This document shows positions 1 through 8,053 of a DNA stretch of 59,323 nt, piece after piece. The first letter of the stretch is position 1. Each line of letters begins with the position of its first letter. Source of the stretch: an uncultured Pseudomonadales bacterium (lineage in GTDB: Bacteria > Patescibacteriota > Microgenomatia > UBA1400 > CG1-02-47-37); NCBI GenBank assembly GCA_964361885.1, contig CAYICL010000001.1, forward strand, positions 1-59,323, in the 5' to 3' direction. The notes under the pieces are model-generated. The model saw only the letters and a list, made by a program, of their open reading frames with translations. It had not been told where the DNA came from and made no database searches. A program made the position numbers and the translations under genes.

Positions 1-866
1 TCAAGCAAGGCTATGGGGTGGTGATTTTCGATAAAAAAAACGGCCGGAAAATCCAGGATACTGAACTTTTAGAAAAAGTGATTAAAGCAGAAAAAGTGGA
101 GGCGGTGATCCACTTTGCGGCTGATATTGAAATGGGCGAGTCGATGAGAAACCCAACAAAATATTTTGAGAATAACTTTTTAGGTTCGTTAAACCTGATT
201 ACAACCATGGTTAAAACCGGAGTCAAGAAGATGATTTTTTCTTCAACAGCCGGGGTTTACGGCAATCCGGAAAGAGTGCCGATAAAAGAGGAAGACCGGA
301 AACGGCCGGAAAATCCGTATGGCCAAAGCAAGTTAATGACGGAACAAGTGTTGGAGTTTTATGACCGGGTTTATGACTTAAAATCAATTTCTTTAAGATA
401 CTTTAATGCCGCCGGAGCCGCACTGGATGGCACTCTAGGCGAGGCTCACCAGCCGGAAAGCCATTTGATTCCCAATGTGATTAAGGCGGTGCGGCAAAAC
501 CAGGAGTTTAATTTATTCGGTGACGACTACCCCACTCCAGACGGCACTTGCATCAGAGACTATATTCATGTTTTGGACTTGGCCGAAGCGCATATTCTGG
601 CTTTACAAGCTTTAATTGTTGGCCATAAGACTGATGTTTATAATGCCGGCACCGGCAAGGGTTATTCCAATCATGAAGTGATTAAAATGGTCGAAAAAGT
701 TAGCGGCCAAAAAGTCAAGGTCAAGCTTGAACCGCGGCGGCCGGGTGATGCCAACAAGTTGGTAGCTGACAGCAGCAAGTTTCAGAATGAATTTCACTGG
801 CAGCCAAAATATTCGGATTTAGAAACGATTGTTAAAACCGCCTGGCAGTGGCACAGTAAATACTAA
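1..866 (+). CDS. galE: UDP-glucose 4-epimerase, N-terminus cut by window edge
   Basis: Frame stays open back to nt 3 (KQGYGVVIFD..). It has the SDR catalytic YxxxK (PYGQSKL) and the blocks FNLFGDDYPTPDGTCIRDYIHVLDL and TAWQWH, which are typical of GalE. Confidence 0.88.
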   Translation, partial: KQGYGVVIFDKKNGRKIQDTELLEKVIKAEKVEAVIHFAADIEMGESMRNPTKYFENNFLGSLNLITTMVKTGVKKMIFSSTAGVYGNPERVPIKEEDRKRPENPYGQSKLMTEQVLEFYDRVYDLKSISLRYFNAAGAALDGTLGEAHQPESHLIPNVIKAVRQNQEFNLFGDDYPTPDGTCIRDYIHVLDLAEAHILALQALIVGHKTDVYNAGTGKGYSNHEVIKMVEKVSGQKVKVKLEPRRPGDANKLVADSSKFQNEFHWQPKYSDLETIVKTAWQWHSKY

Positions 867-871
867 AATCA

Positions 872-899
872 TTGACAATTAAAAAATCAATGTTAAACT
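872..899 (+). promoter_or_regulatory. sigma70-like promoter (TTGACA-16-TGtTAAACT)
   Basis: TTGACA at 872-877, a 16-nt spacer, then extended -10 TGtTAAACT at 891-899. A GAGGTGA Shine-Dalgarno follows at 907-913. It points into the 3' end of the minus-strand ORF 972..1346. Confidence 0.4.
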
Positions 900-918
900 G
901 ATAATTGAGGTGATGTGA

Positions 919-1080
919 ATGGGGCTTGACCCCGACCAGGTTACGCGAGTTCGCCAAAACCTGAGACACATTTACCTTAAAACGATTACAGACAAGAAGT
1001 TTTTCTTCTTGTCTTTTTTCTTGGAAGATAAAATTACTTTAATCTTTTTGCCGTCCATTTCGGCAACAATGGCGAAATAA
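919..1080 (+). CDS. 53-codon ORF downstream of a strong promoter and SD; coding status uncertain (may instead mark an antisense RNA)
   Basis: ATG at 919 lies 4-5 nt after GAGGTGAT, and TAA is at 1078-1080. It was read manually because it is below the ORF-track cutoff. It overlaps the last 109 nt of 972..1346 in antisense. Confidence 0.2.
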   Translation: MGLDPDQVTRVRQNLRHIYLKTITDKKFFFLSFFLEDKITLIFLPSISATMAK

Positions 1081-1346
1081 TGAAGACCGTTTTTATACCG
1101 ATATTCCTGATAAATTGTGGCTTTTTTGATTAATTTTTTCGCTAAGGGCAAGGCTTTGAATCTTCTGACTCTTTCTGTTTTCGTACGGTAACGCGAACCA
1201 ACTAAATGATTCCAGCCGATTCTGGTAACTAAAATTTCTTCCCCAAAAGCGGGACAATAAGTTTGTTCTTTACGCCAACGGGAATAATAATCCTTGGCCC
1301 ATTCTTTAACTTTGGTGTATTTGTCTTTTTTATGGCTCTTACCCAT
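972..1346 (-). CDS. hypothetical Lys/Arg-rich protein (124 aa)
   Basis: Clean ATG ORF with a -10-like TATAGT 6 nt upstream. I recognise no family motif. Confidence 0.5.
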   Translation of the reverse strand: MGKSHKKDKYTKVKEWAKDYYSRWRKEQTYCPAFGEEILVTRIGWNHLVGSRYRTKTERVRRFKALPLAKKLIKKATIYQEYRYKNGLHYFAIVAEMDGKKIKVILSSKKKDKKKNFLSVIVLR

Positions 1347-1352
1347 TAATTA

Positions 1353-1358
1353 ACTATA
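1353..1358 (-). promoter_or_regulatory. -10 box TATAGT, 6 nt from ATG 1346 (leaderless layout)
   Basis: The minus strand reads GCTATAGT-TAATTA-ATG. Confidence 0.35.
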
Positions 1359-1374
1359 GCAAATAAAAGTAACG

Positions 1375-1383
1375 TGTTAAAAT
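1375..1383 (+). promoter_or_regulatory. extended -10 TGtTAAAAT, 6 nt from yidC ATG (leaderless layout)
   Basis: The plus strand reads gTGtTAAAAT-AGTCTC-ATG. The same TAAAAT-AGTCTy-ATG string is seen upstream of thiI. Confidence 0.4.
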
Positions 1384-1389
1384 AGTCTC

Positions 1390-2160
1390 ATGGGATTGTT
1401 TATCACCTTGATTTACCAACCGTTTTTTAATTTACTGGTGGGGATTTACTGGATTTTAGATACCTTTATTACTCCGGGGAAAGCAGACATGGGTATAGCG
1501 GTGATCATCTTTACCGTCGTTTTCAGAATCTTATGGCTGCCAATCAGTTTTTCCTCAGGTAGAAGCGCCAAAGAGAGGCATGACATATCGGAAAGAATCA
1601 AAAAAATTAATCAAGAGTTTAAAAATGACCCGATTCGAGAGCAGCAGGAGATGAAAAAGGTAATGAAAAGCAACCGGAGGATTGTGGTGATGTCAAGTTT
1701 TAATATCATTTTTCAGTTAATGGTGATGCTGATGCTTTACCGGATCTTTACCACCGGCTTGGAAGGCAAGGATTTCCACATGATTTATTCCTGGATGCCG
1801 CCGCACCCGGAACATTTTAACTTAACTTTTTTAAACGGCCGGTTTGACCTGACTCACCCCAACTGGACCTTAAACTGGATTAATACCGGAGTAATTTTTG
1901 CGGCTGAGTTAATGTCCAACTGGCTGTCGCCTTTCCCCACCGGAAGGACAGAGTTAATGGCTTTGTTTGTTTTGCCGCTCGGAGCTTTAAGCTTTTTTGC
2001 TTTTATGCCGGCAGGTAAAAAGCTGTTTGTGATTACCACTTTACTGTTCTCTATTGGTATAATGCTTGCTAAGACATTAAAAATTATCTATTATGAATCA
2101 AGAGGTAGGCTAAGAAAAGTAGCTTACAGTCTGATTCTGGATAAAAATAAAGAGGAGTAA
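1390..2160 (+). CDS. yidC: membrane protein insertase YidC/Oxa1 family (short form)
   Basis: 256 aa and multi-TM. The N-terminal block IYQPFFNLLVGIYW..GIAVIIFTVVFRILWLPIS, followed by an amphipathic basic loop (KKINQEFKNDPIREQQEMKKVMK), is typical of short YidC. Confidence 0.8.
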   Translation: MGLFITLIYQPFFNLLVGIYWILDTFITPGKADMGIAVIIFTVVFRILWLPISFSSGRSAKERHDISERIKKINQEFKNDPIREQQEMKKVMKSNRRIVVMSSFNIIFQLMVMLMLYRIFTTGLEGKDFHMIYSWMPPHPEHFNLTFLNGRFDLTHPNWTLNWINTGVIFAAELMSNWLSPFPTGRTELMALFVLPLGALSFFAFMPAGKKLFVITTLLFSIGIMLAKTLKIIYYESRGRLRKVAYSLILDKNKEE

Positions 2161-2164
2161 GTAA

Positions 2165-2773
2165 ATGGAGTTTGACAAATTGGTAGTGTCTTTTTTGGTT
2201 GACGAGGTAGTGGGCGGGTTTTTTGTCAACGTGCCGCCGGGACATGTGGCTTGCATTCATGACTTGGGCCGGGGGGTATTAAAAAAGGTCTGGGGACCGG
2301 GATTACATTTAAAAATTCCTTTCTGGCAACGAGCCAAGCTATTCACCGCCCAGATTCTGGAATACATGATCAGGCATGATTTTGATTTAACTTTATCCGA
2401 AGCCATGGGAGACGAAGCGATTACTTCAAAAACTTCTGACGGCGAATCGATTCAAGTGGAGGGATCGATTTTACTAAAAATCGATAAGGGCCGGGCCAAT
2501 GAGTTATGGGAAAATATCGGGGAAAATTTTATTTCCAAAATTGTCAGACCGGTGGCCAGAAGCAGAATCAGAAGTGTTTTGTCTGAAGTGTCTTTAAACC
2601 AATTAACCACTTACCGGCCTCAGGTGGAAGAAAAGGTGAAGAATGAGCTAAACCAGATTTACTCCAAGATCGGGATTGTTTGCGACCGGTTTTTACTGTC
2701 TGAAATAAAGGATCTGGGAGGGCTGGGCATCAGAGACGATAAGGTGATTTTCTCGGAGAAAAAGACTAAATAA
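2165..2773 (+). CDS. SPFH/band-7 (prohibitin-like) domain protein
   Basis: The block [35 protein letters not shown] resembles the SPFH N-terminal block. SD AAAGAGGAG lies 7 nt upstream, 4 nt after the yidC stop. Confidence 0.7.
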   Translation: MEFDKLVVSFLVDEVVGGFFVNVPPGHVACIHDLGRGVLKKVWGPGLHLKIPFWQRAKLFTAQILEYMIRHDFDLTLSEAMGDEAITSKTSDGESIQVEGSILLKIDKGRANELWENIGENFISKIVRPVARSRIRSVLSEVSLNQLTTYRPQVEEKVKNELNQIYSKIGIVCDRFLLSEIKDLGGLGIRDDKVIFSEKKTK

Positions 2774-5093
2774 AAGCCAGCTTTAAGACTTCGTCGAGGT
2801 GGGAGACAAAATGGAAGCTAATATCTTTTTTAACTTTTTGAGGCACGTCAACCAAGTCTTTTTTATTCCCTAAAGGAAGAATCAGGGTCTTAATCCCCGC
2901 CCGGTGAGCGGCAATGACTTTTTCCTTGACACCACCGATTTCCAAAACTCTACCCCTTAAAGTAATCTCGCCGGTCATCGCCACCTCTCTTTTAACTTTG
3001 GTCTTGGTTAAGGCCGAAATAACAGAAGTGGCCATGGTAATACCGGCCGAGGGGCCGTCTTTGGGTACTGCCCCTTCAGGGATATGGATGTGAATATCAA
3101 ACTGGCGGTAGAAGTTCTGGTTAAGCTTTAATTTTTGCCAACGGGAGCGGGTATAGGAGATAGCGGCCTGGGCTGATTCTTTCATGACATCGCCTAACTG
3201 GCCGGTTAAAATGATCTTGCCTTTCCCGGGGAAAATACTGGTTTCGATAAAGAGAACATCGCCGCCGGCTTCGGTCCAGGCCAAACCGGTGGTTAAACCG
3301 ATCTCGTCTTTTTTTTCTTTTAAAACCGGCAAGAATTTTTCCGGACCAAGGTAATCGGAAAGGTTTTTCAAATTGATCGCAAAAGGACTGCGTTGATGCT
3401 GACAAATTTTCTTGGCCACTTTTCTCATGATTTTACTGATTTCCCGCTCTAAGTTTCTGACGCCGGCTTCCCGGGTATAACTGGTAATGATTTTTTTAAT
3501 CACCGCTAAGGGTAGATGGATTTGGTTTTTAGCCAGGCCGTTGGCAATTAAGGTCTTTTTAATTAAAAACTTTTGGGCAATTTTTTCTTTTTCATCGGCG
3601 GTGTAGCCGGAAAAACGGATGACCTCCAGACGGTCTTTTAGGGCCGGAGGAATGGTGTCCAAAATATTGGCGGTGGTGATAAACATGACCTGAGAGAGAT
3701 CAAAAGGGACTTCCAAATAGTGGTCGGAAAACTCACGGTTTTGCTCAGGATCCAAAGCTTCAAGTAAGGCCGAGGAGGGATCGCCGCGAAAATCAATGCC
3801 GATTTTATCAATTTCATCCAACATAAAGACCGGGTTGTTGGTATTGGCGGTTTTGATAGCTTGAATAATCCGGCCGGGCAGGGCACCGACATAGGTGCGG
3901 CGGTGACCGCGGATCTCGGCTTCATCCCGGATACCGCCTAAAGAAACTCTAACAAATTTCCGCTTTAAAGCCCGGGCGATGGAGCGGCCGATCGAAGTTT
4001 TGCCGACGCCGGGAGGACCGACAAAACAAAGAATGGTCGGACCGGCCGGAGTGGCCAAAGTTGAATGTTTTTTCTTGAGCTGCATCACAGCCAAATATTC
4101 AATGACTCTTTCTTTAACTTCTTTTAAACCATAATGATCGGCTTCCAGGATTTGGGTGGCTTTTTTAATCGTCACCCGGTTAGGAGTGGAAAGACTCCAG
4201 GGCAGATCACAAAGCCAATCCAGGTAAGTTCTAATATAGCCGGACTCGGGGTTGTAAAGATTCATCGAACCTAAGCGTTTTAATTCTTTAACGGCTTTTT
4301 CATGAACGGCCTGAGGCATACGAGCCTGTTTAATTTTGTCTTTGTATTCTTTAATGTCCTTGTCTTCCTCGACATCACCCAATTCTTTTTGAATGGTTTT
4401 AAGGCGTTCTCTTAAAACAGTTTCGCGCATGGATTTATCGAATTTTTTCTGGGTTTTGGTGGCAATACTGCGTTCAATTTCCAAGATCTTTAATTCTTGC
4501 GACAGGCGGTCGGAGACAATTTCCAGGCGTTTTTTAACTTCCAAGGTTTCCAGGAGTTCCTGCTTTTCGGGAGTGGAGATATCCAAATTAGTCGCTACCT
4601 GGTCGGCCAACTCGGACGAAGTGACCCCACCCATAAGGCGCATAAAGACCAAAAAATCGACCGATTTACCGATGTTAACGGCTTTTTTAAAGTTGTTGGT
4701 AATATGCTTTAAAAGGGCGGTAACTTCGTCCGATTCTTCGATAATTTCAGCGATTTCCTGAACTTTGGCGACTAAAAACGGCTCACTGGCGGCTAAGCTG
4801 ACGATTTTAACCCGGGAAACTCCTTTGACTAAAGCATTAATTTCACCGTTGGTTTTTAAGATTCTTTCCACACTGCAAAGGGTGCCGATAGAGTAAATAT
4901 CGTCAAACTTGGGTTCAGGCAAATGAGGATCTTTTTGGGTAACAAACACAATCAATCGGTCAGACCGGAAGGCGGCTTCAACGCCGGCATTGGATTTGGG
5001 CCGGCCAAAAGTCAAAACCGCTTCGGTATGAGGAAAAACGACACCGTCGCGCAAAGGGACTAAAGGAACGGTTTTTTGATAAAGTATGGACAT
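2766..5093 (-). CDS. lon: ATP-dependent Lon protease
   Basis: 775 aa with a Lon N-domain, Walker [10 protein letters not shown], Walker B FMLDEIDK, and the protease Ser context [11 protein letters not shown]. Confidence 0.96.
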   Translation of the reverse strand: MSILYQKTVPLVPLRDGVVFPHTEAVLTFGRPKSNAGVEAAFRSDRLIVFVTQKDPHLPEPKFDDIYSIGTLCSVERILKTNGEINALVKGVSRVKIVSLAASEPFLVAKVQEIAEIIEESDEVTALLKHITNNFKKAVNIGKSVDFLVFMRLMGGVTSSELADQVATNLDISTPEKQELLETLEVKKRLEIVSDRLSQELKILEIERSIATKTQKKFDKSMRETVLRERLKTIQKELGDVEEDKDIKEYKDKIKQARMPQAVHEKAVKELKRLGSMNLYNPESGYIRTYLDWLCDLPWSLSTPNRVTIKKATQILEADHYGLKEVKERVIEYLAVMQLKKKHSTLATPAGPTILCFVGPPGVGKTSIGRSIARALKRKFVRVSLGGIRDEAEIRGHRRTYVGALPGRIIQAIKTANTNNPVFMLDEIDKIGIDFRGDPSSALLEALDPEQNREFSDHYLEVPFDLSQVMFITTANILDTIPPALKDRLEVIRFSGYTADEKEKIAQKFLIKKTLIANGLAKNQIHLPLAVIKKIITSYTREAGVRNLEREISKIMRKVAKKICQHQRSPFAINLKNLSDYLGPEKFLPVLKEKKDEIGLTTGLAWTEAGGDVLFIETSIFPGKGKIILTGQLGDVMKESAQAAISYTRSRWQKLKLNQNFYRQFDIHIHIPEGAVPKDGPSAGITMATSVISALTKTKVKREVAMTGEITLRGRVLEIGGVKEKVIAAHRAGIKTLILPLGNKKDLVDVPQKVKKDISFHFVSHLDEVLKLAFI

Positions 5094-5096
5094 AAA

Positions 5097-5123
5097 TTAG
5101 CAGTATACTTTAATGAGTGCTAA
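5097..5123. promoter_or_regulatory. CIRCE-like inverted repeat (HrcA operator type)
   Basis: The minus strand reads TTAGCACTC-ATTAAAGTA-TACTGCTAA, versus the CIRCE consensus TTAGCACTC-N9-GAGTGCTAA (16/18). It ends 3 nt before the lon ATG. Confidence 0.6.
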
Positions 5124-5130
5124 ACGTCAA
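5102..5130 (-). promoter_or_regulatory. lon promoter TTGACG-17-TATACT overlapping CIRCE
   Basis: The minus strand has TTGACG (5130-5125), a 17-nt spacer and TATACT (5107-5102). The ATG at 5093 lies 8 nt after the -10 box. No SD is present. Confidence 0.5.
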
Positions 5131-5651
5131 GCCAGGTAAAGATCAGGCCGGCGAAACTTGACCATGGCTAATTTTACCAGATGAGTATATTCGGCAGTTC
5201 TGGTGGTTAAATGACGGGTAAAGACAGCCACGGCACCGGAATGGGTTTTTTGATTTTTTTGGCCGGTTAACTGATCAATTATCTCCCCCAATTCTTGGCC
5301 ACGGCGCAAAGCCCGGATAAACCGGGGCGGCAAAAGAAAATGCATACCGCCGCCAAAGCAAAGCCGACCGGTTTTATCAGCCACGGCCGCCCAGGCCGTA
5401 GAGTAAGTCTGACCGTTAAGCTGCATAATACCGCCTTCCAAACCAACGGCCATGTCGGCTTGAGCCTTGGTTAAGGCCTTTAAACAGCGGTTTTTGGCAC
5501 CAAGCTGGGTTTCTTTGTCAGACGTGGGTTGAGGTTTAACGGAAGAATCAACCGGGACGGAGATAAACCGGGCTTGAGGGTAAATCGGTTGAAAAACCCT
5601 TTTAACGGCATTGATTTTAACCGGATTGGCGGAAGCAATAGCAATCTTCAT
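5127..5651 (-). CDS. inosine/xanthosine triphosphatase (YjjX/DUF84-like non-canonical NTPase)
   Basis: 174 aa. The N-terminus MKIAIASANPVKINAV and overall size match the YjjX family as I recall it. Confidence 0.6.
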   Translation of the reverse strand: MKIAIASANPVKINAVKRVFQPIYPQARFISVPVDSSVKPQPTSDKETQLGAKNRCLKALTKAQADMAVGLEGGIMQLNGQTYSTAWAAVADKTGRLCFGGGMHFLLPPRFIRALRRGQELGEIIDQLTGQKNQKTHSGAVAVFTRHLTTRTAEYTHLVKLAMVKFRRPDLYLA

Positions 5652-6094
5652 CGGTCTTTTGAGTTTAAGATAATGGTAACCGGGCCGTCGTTTGTCAGCT
5701 CAACTTTCATATAAGCGCCAAATTTACCTGAGGCAACGGTTAAACCCAGATTTTTAAGCCGGCTAATGAAGTCTTGATAATAATGCTGTGCTGTTTTTGG
5801 ATCAGCGGCGTTAATAAAACTGGGGCGGTTGCCCTTTTGAACATTAGCGGCCAAAGTAAATTGAGAGACAACCAAGACTTCACCATTAACCTCTTTCAAA
5901 GACAGATTCATCTTTTTGTCTTTATCGGCCATGACCCTAAGCTGGCTGATTTTTTGGACCAGATAATCTAAATCTTTGTCAGTATCTCCCTGAACCACGC
6001 CTAAAAATACCAGAAAACCGCGGCCGGCCTGACTAACAATTTTACCAGCAACAGAAACTTTGGCTTGATTAATACGTTGAACTACAGCCAGCAT
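5648..6094 (-). CDS. dtd: D-aminoacyl-tRNA deacylase
   Basis: The internal ATG at 6094 gives 148 aa: MLAVVQRINQAKVSV..SQFTLAAN..GNRPSF..GAYMKVELTNDGPVT. The 46 extra upstream codons in the tracked ORF overlap tpiA. Confidence 0.9.
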   Translation of the reverse strand: MLAVVQRINQAKVSVAGKIVSQAGRGFLVFLGVVQGDTDKDLDYLVQKISQLRVMADKDKKMNLSLKEVNGEVLVVSQFTLAANVQKGNRPSFINAADPKTAQHYYQDFISRLKNLGLTVASGKFGAYMKVELTNDGPVTIILNSKDR

Positions 6095-6095
6095 A

Positions 6096-6725
6096 TTATT
6101 TAAATCCGGAAACAAGATCCTGAAGCGTAGCTTCTGGATTAAGAGATTTGGCAAACTCTGAAGCAACCAAGACTCCGGCAGCGCCAGCGAAGAGAGCCTG
6201 GTTAACATGCCGAGAACTACGGATGCCGCCACCGACGATCAACGGCGCTTGAGCAGCGGCCACGGCCTGTTTGACTAAATCAAAGTGGGCGTCAATCATC
6301 GCCACCGGCCCGCCGATTAGTTTTGGGTCTTCAAAACCAATATAGTCTGGTTTTAGCTGATTAACTTGTTTAATTAACTCCAATGTATCTGTAATTATCA
6401 TTACCCTCATTTTACTTTCCCGGCAGGCAGCGACCACAGCTTGAATCTGATCAAGACTTAATTGGTGTTCCGAATGATTGATTAACACTCCGCTGGCTCC
6501 GGCTGTTTTTAGACTGATTGGCGCTTGATAGCCGGTAAACTTGCCAAAGCCGACCGGGTCAGCGTGTTGAGCCCAAACCTCGATATCCGGCAAAGCTTGT
6601 TTGACCCGGAAAATATCCACCGCTTGCAAGCAGGGAATCACCCGCTTGTCTTTAATCAAACGGCACACCTTGATCGTGTTATCCCCGCTGGTTTCCTGGT
6701 AAATCTTAAAGTTTAAAAAAATCAT
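6096..6725 (-). CDS. tpiA: triosephosphate isomerase, archaeal-type short form
   Basis: 209 aa. The blocks LNFKIY, AQHADP..G..TG, VLINHSEH, KPDYIGFEDPKLIG, LIVGGGI and GVLVASEF..LQDLVSGF align block-for-block with archaeal TIMs such as the Pyrococcus type. Confidence 0.85.
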   Translation of the reverse strand: MIFLNFKIYQETSGDNTIKVCRLIKDKRVIPCLQAVDIFRVKQALPDIEVWAQHADPVGFGKFTGYQAPISLKTAGASGVLINHSEHQLSLDQIQAVVAACRESKMRVMIITDTLELIKQVNQLKPDYIGFEDPKLIGGPVAMIDAHFDLVKQAVAAAQAPLIVGGGIRSSRHVNQALFAGAAGVLVASEFAKSLNPEATLQDLVSGFK

Positions 6726-6741
6726 CTGGTTGGATTATAGC

Positions 6742-7179
6742 TTAATTTTGACATTTTATTTCTTTGGCAACAGAGCAAATATCTTCTTCCAATAGCTCTT
6801 CGCAGGCATTGATTTTAATTTTTCTGACCTGCTTTTGAGGAAATTCCTTAACCTGGCTAGTAGTGTTTTTAATCACTTCGGTGATTTGCTGGCTGACGAT
6901 TTTGGCAATGGCCTGACCGGCTTCTTCCGGATTAAGGTTGGTTAAATCTATGGGGGAAGCAGGGGTTGAAGAAAAATCAGCTGATTGGGTTTTAATCAAC
7001 TCTGACTGAACGCCTTTAACTAAATCAGAGTTTTTTAAGTTAGGCCAAAAATCAGGCAAATATTGCTTAAAGACAATATAAAGGCCGAAAAGACCAAAGC
7101 CAAACCAAATAATTTTAATTAAGAATTTAGGCTTAAAGAATTTAAACATCTTAAATATTGTAGCAAATTGAGTTGACAA
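6742..7179 (-). CDS. hypothetical membrane-anchored protein
   Basis: 145 aa with one N-terminal TM (IIWFGFGLFGLYIVF). No family recognised. Confidence 0.5.
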   Translation of the reverse strand: MSTQFATIFKMFKFFKPKFLIKIIWFGFGLFGLYIVFKQYLPDFWPNLKNSDLVKGVQSELIKTQSADFSSTPASPIDLTNLNPEEAGQAIAKIVSQQITEVIKNTTSQVKEFPQKQVRKIKINACEELLEEDICSVAKEIKCQN

Positions 7180-7201
7180 ATAGGAGAGGAAACGCTTATA
7201 T
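7173..7201 (+). promoter_or_regulatory. promoter TTGACA-17-TTATAT
   Basis: TTGACA at 7173-7178, a 17-nt spacer and TTATAT at 7196-7201. The ATG at 7210 lies 8 nt after the -10 box, with no SD. Confidence 0.5.
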
Positions 7202-7209
7202 TAAACCAT

Positions 7210-7788
7210 ATGAAAAAACTGATTGTTTTTATAGGCTTTCTATTATTACTTATCGGTTTTACCGCCACAGCCCGGGCTGAAGAGGCCACCGCGCCGGGAA
7301 AAACGAAACCACTGAACCGTCAAACGAGAATTGAAGAAATGCAGCAAAAAAGAGAAGAGTCTAAAATCAAGCTGCAGCAGATTCAAGACGAAAGAAAGCA
7401 AAAGATTGCCGAGAGAATTAATATCCAACTGGCTCATATCAATGAAAGAGCCACAATCCACATGACAAAAGTTTTAAACCGGCTTTCGGCTCTGCTGGAT
7501 AAGTTAAGCACCAGATTGGCAGCCATGGAAGCAGAGGGTAAAGTGACCGGTGCGGCTGAAGCAGCGGTGATCAAGGCCAGAGAGGCAATAGCTGTGGCCA
7601 AAACAGCAGTCAGCGATCAAGCAGGGAAAGAATATTTCATTGTGTTTACTGACGAATCAGGCTTAAAAGTGGGTGCTTCTGCAGCCAAAACCAGCTTGAA
7701 AAGCGATCTGAAAGCGGTTAAGATATTAGTGAAGACAGCTAAAGATGCCACCAAAGCAGCTATAGATGCAGCTAAATTAATTAAATAA
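7210..7788 (+). CDS. secreted Ala/Lys-rich coiled-coil protein, hypothetical
   Basis: Signal-peptide-like N-terminus (LIVFIGFLLLLIGFTATARA) followed by helical, low-complexity sequence. Confidence 0.6.
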   Translation: MKKLIVFIGFLLLLIGFTATARAEEATAPGKTKPLNRQTRIEEMQQKREESKIKLQQIQDERKQKIAERINIQLAHINERATIHMTKVLNRLSALLDKLSTRLAAMEAEGKVTGAAEAAVIKAREAIAVAKTAVSDQAGKEYFIVFTDESGLKVGASAAKTSLKSDLKAVKILVKTAKDATKAAIDAAKLIK

Positions 7789-7798
7789 GGAGAAAATT

Positions 7799-8053
7799 AT
7801 GAAAAAAACGTTTTTAATTTCTATAATATTAATTATAATATTAGCTTTGGCAGTATTGTTAAGCGGTCGTCTGGGTAAAAAAACCGAGACCAACACAACC
7901 GGGGAAGAAACAGGCTTAGAAACAATCACCGAAGACGATAGTCTGCCGACAATCCAAGAAGAGTTTGTGGAAACCATTGATGAAGATACTTATTCTGAAG
8001 GTGAGTTAGAAGATTTGGAAGCAGAACTGGACGAAAATATTGAAGAACTTTAA
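7799..8053 (+). CDS. small membrane-anchored protein with acidic tail, hypothetical
   Basis: 84 aa with an N-terminal TM and a Glu/Asp-rich C-terminus. SD AAGGAG lies upstream. Confidence 0.55.
   Translation: MKKTFLISIILIIILALAVLLSGRLGKKTETNTTGEETGLETITEDDSLPTIQEEFVETIDEDTYSEGELEDLEAELDENIEEL

Noticed and set aside
4393-4761. 122-aa and 71-aa plus-strand ORFs antisense to lon
   Set aside because: They are embedded in the Lon coding region, with no promoter or SD and unstructured Ser/Arg-rich translations. They are spurious.
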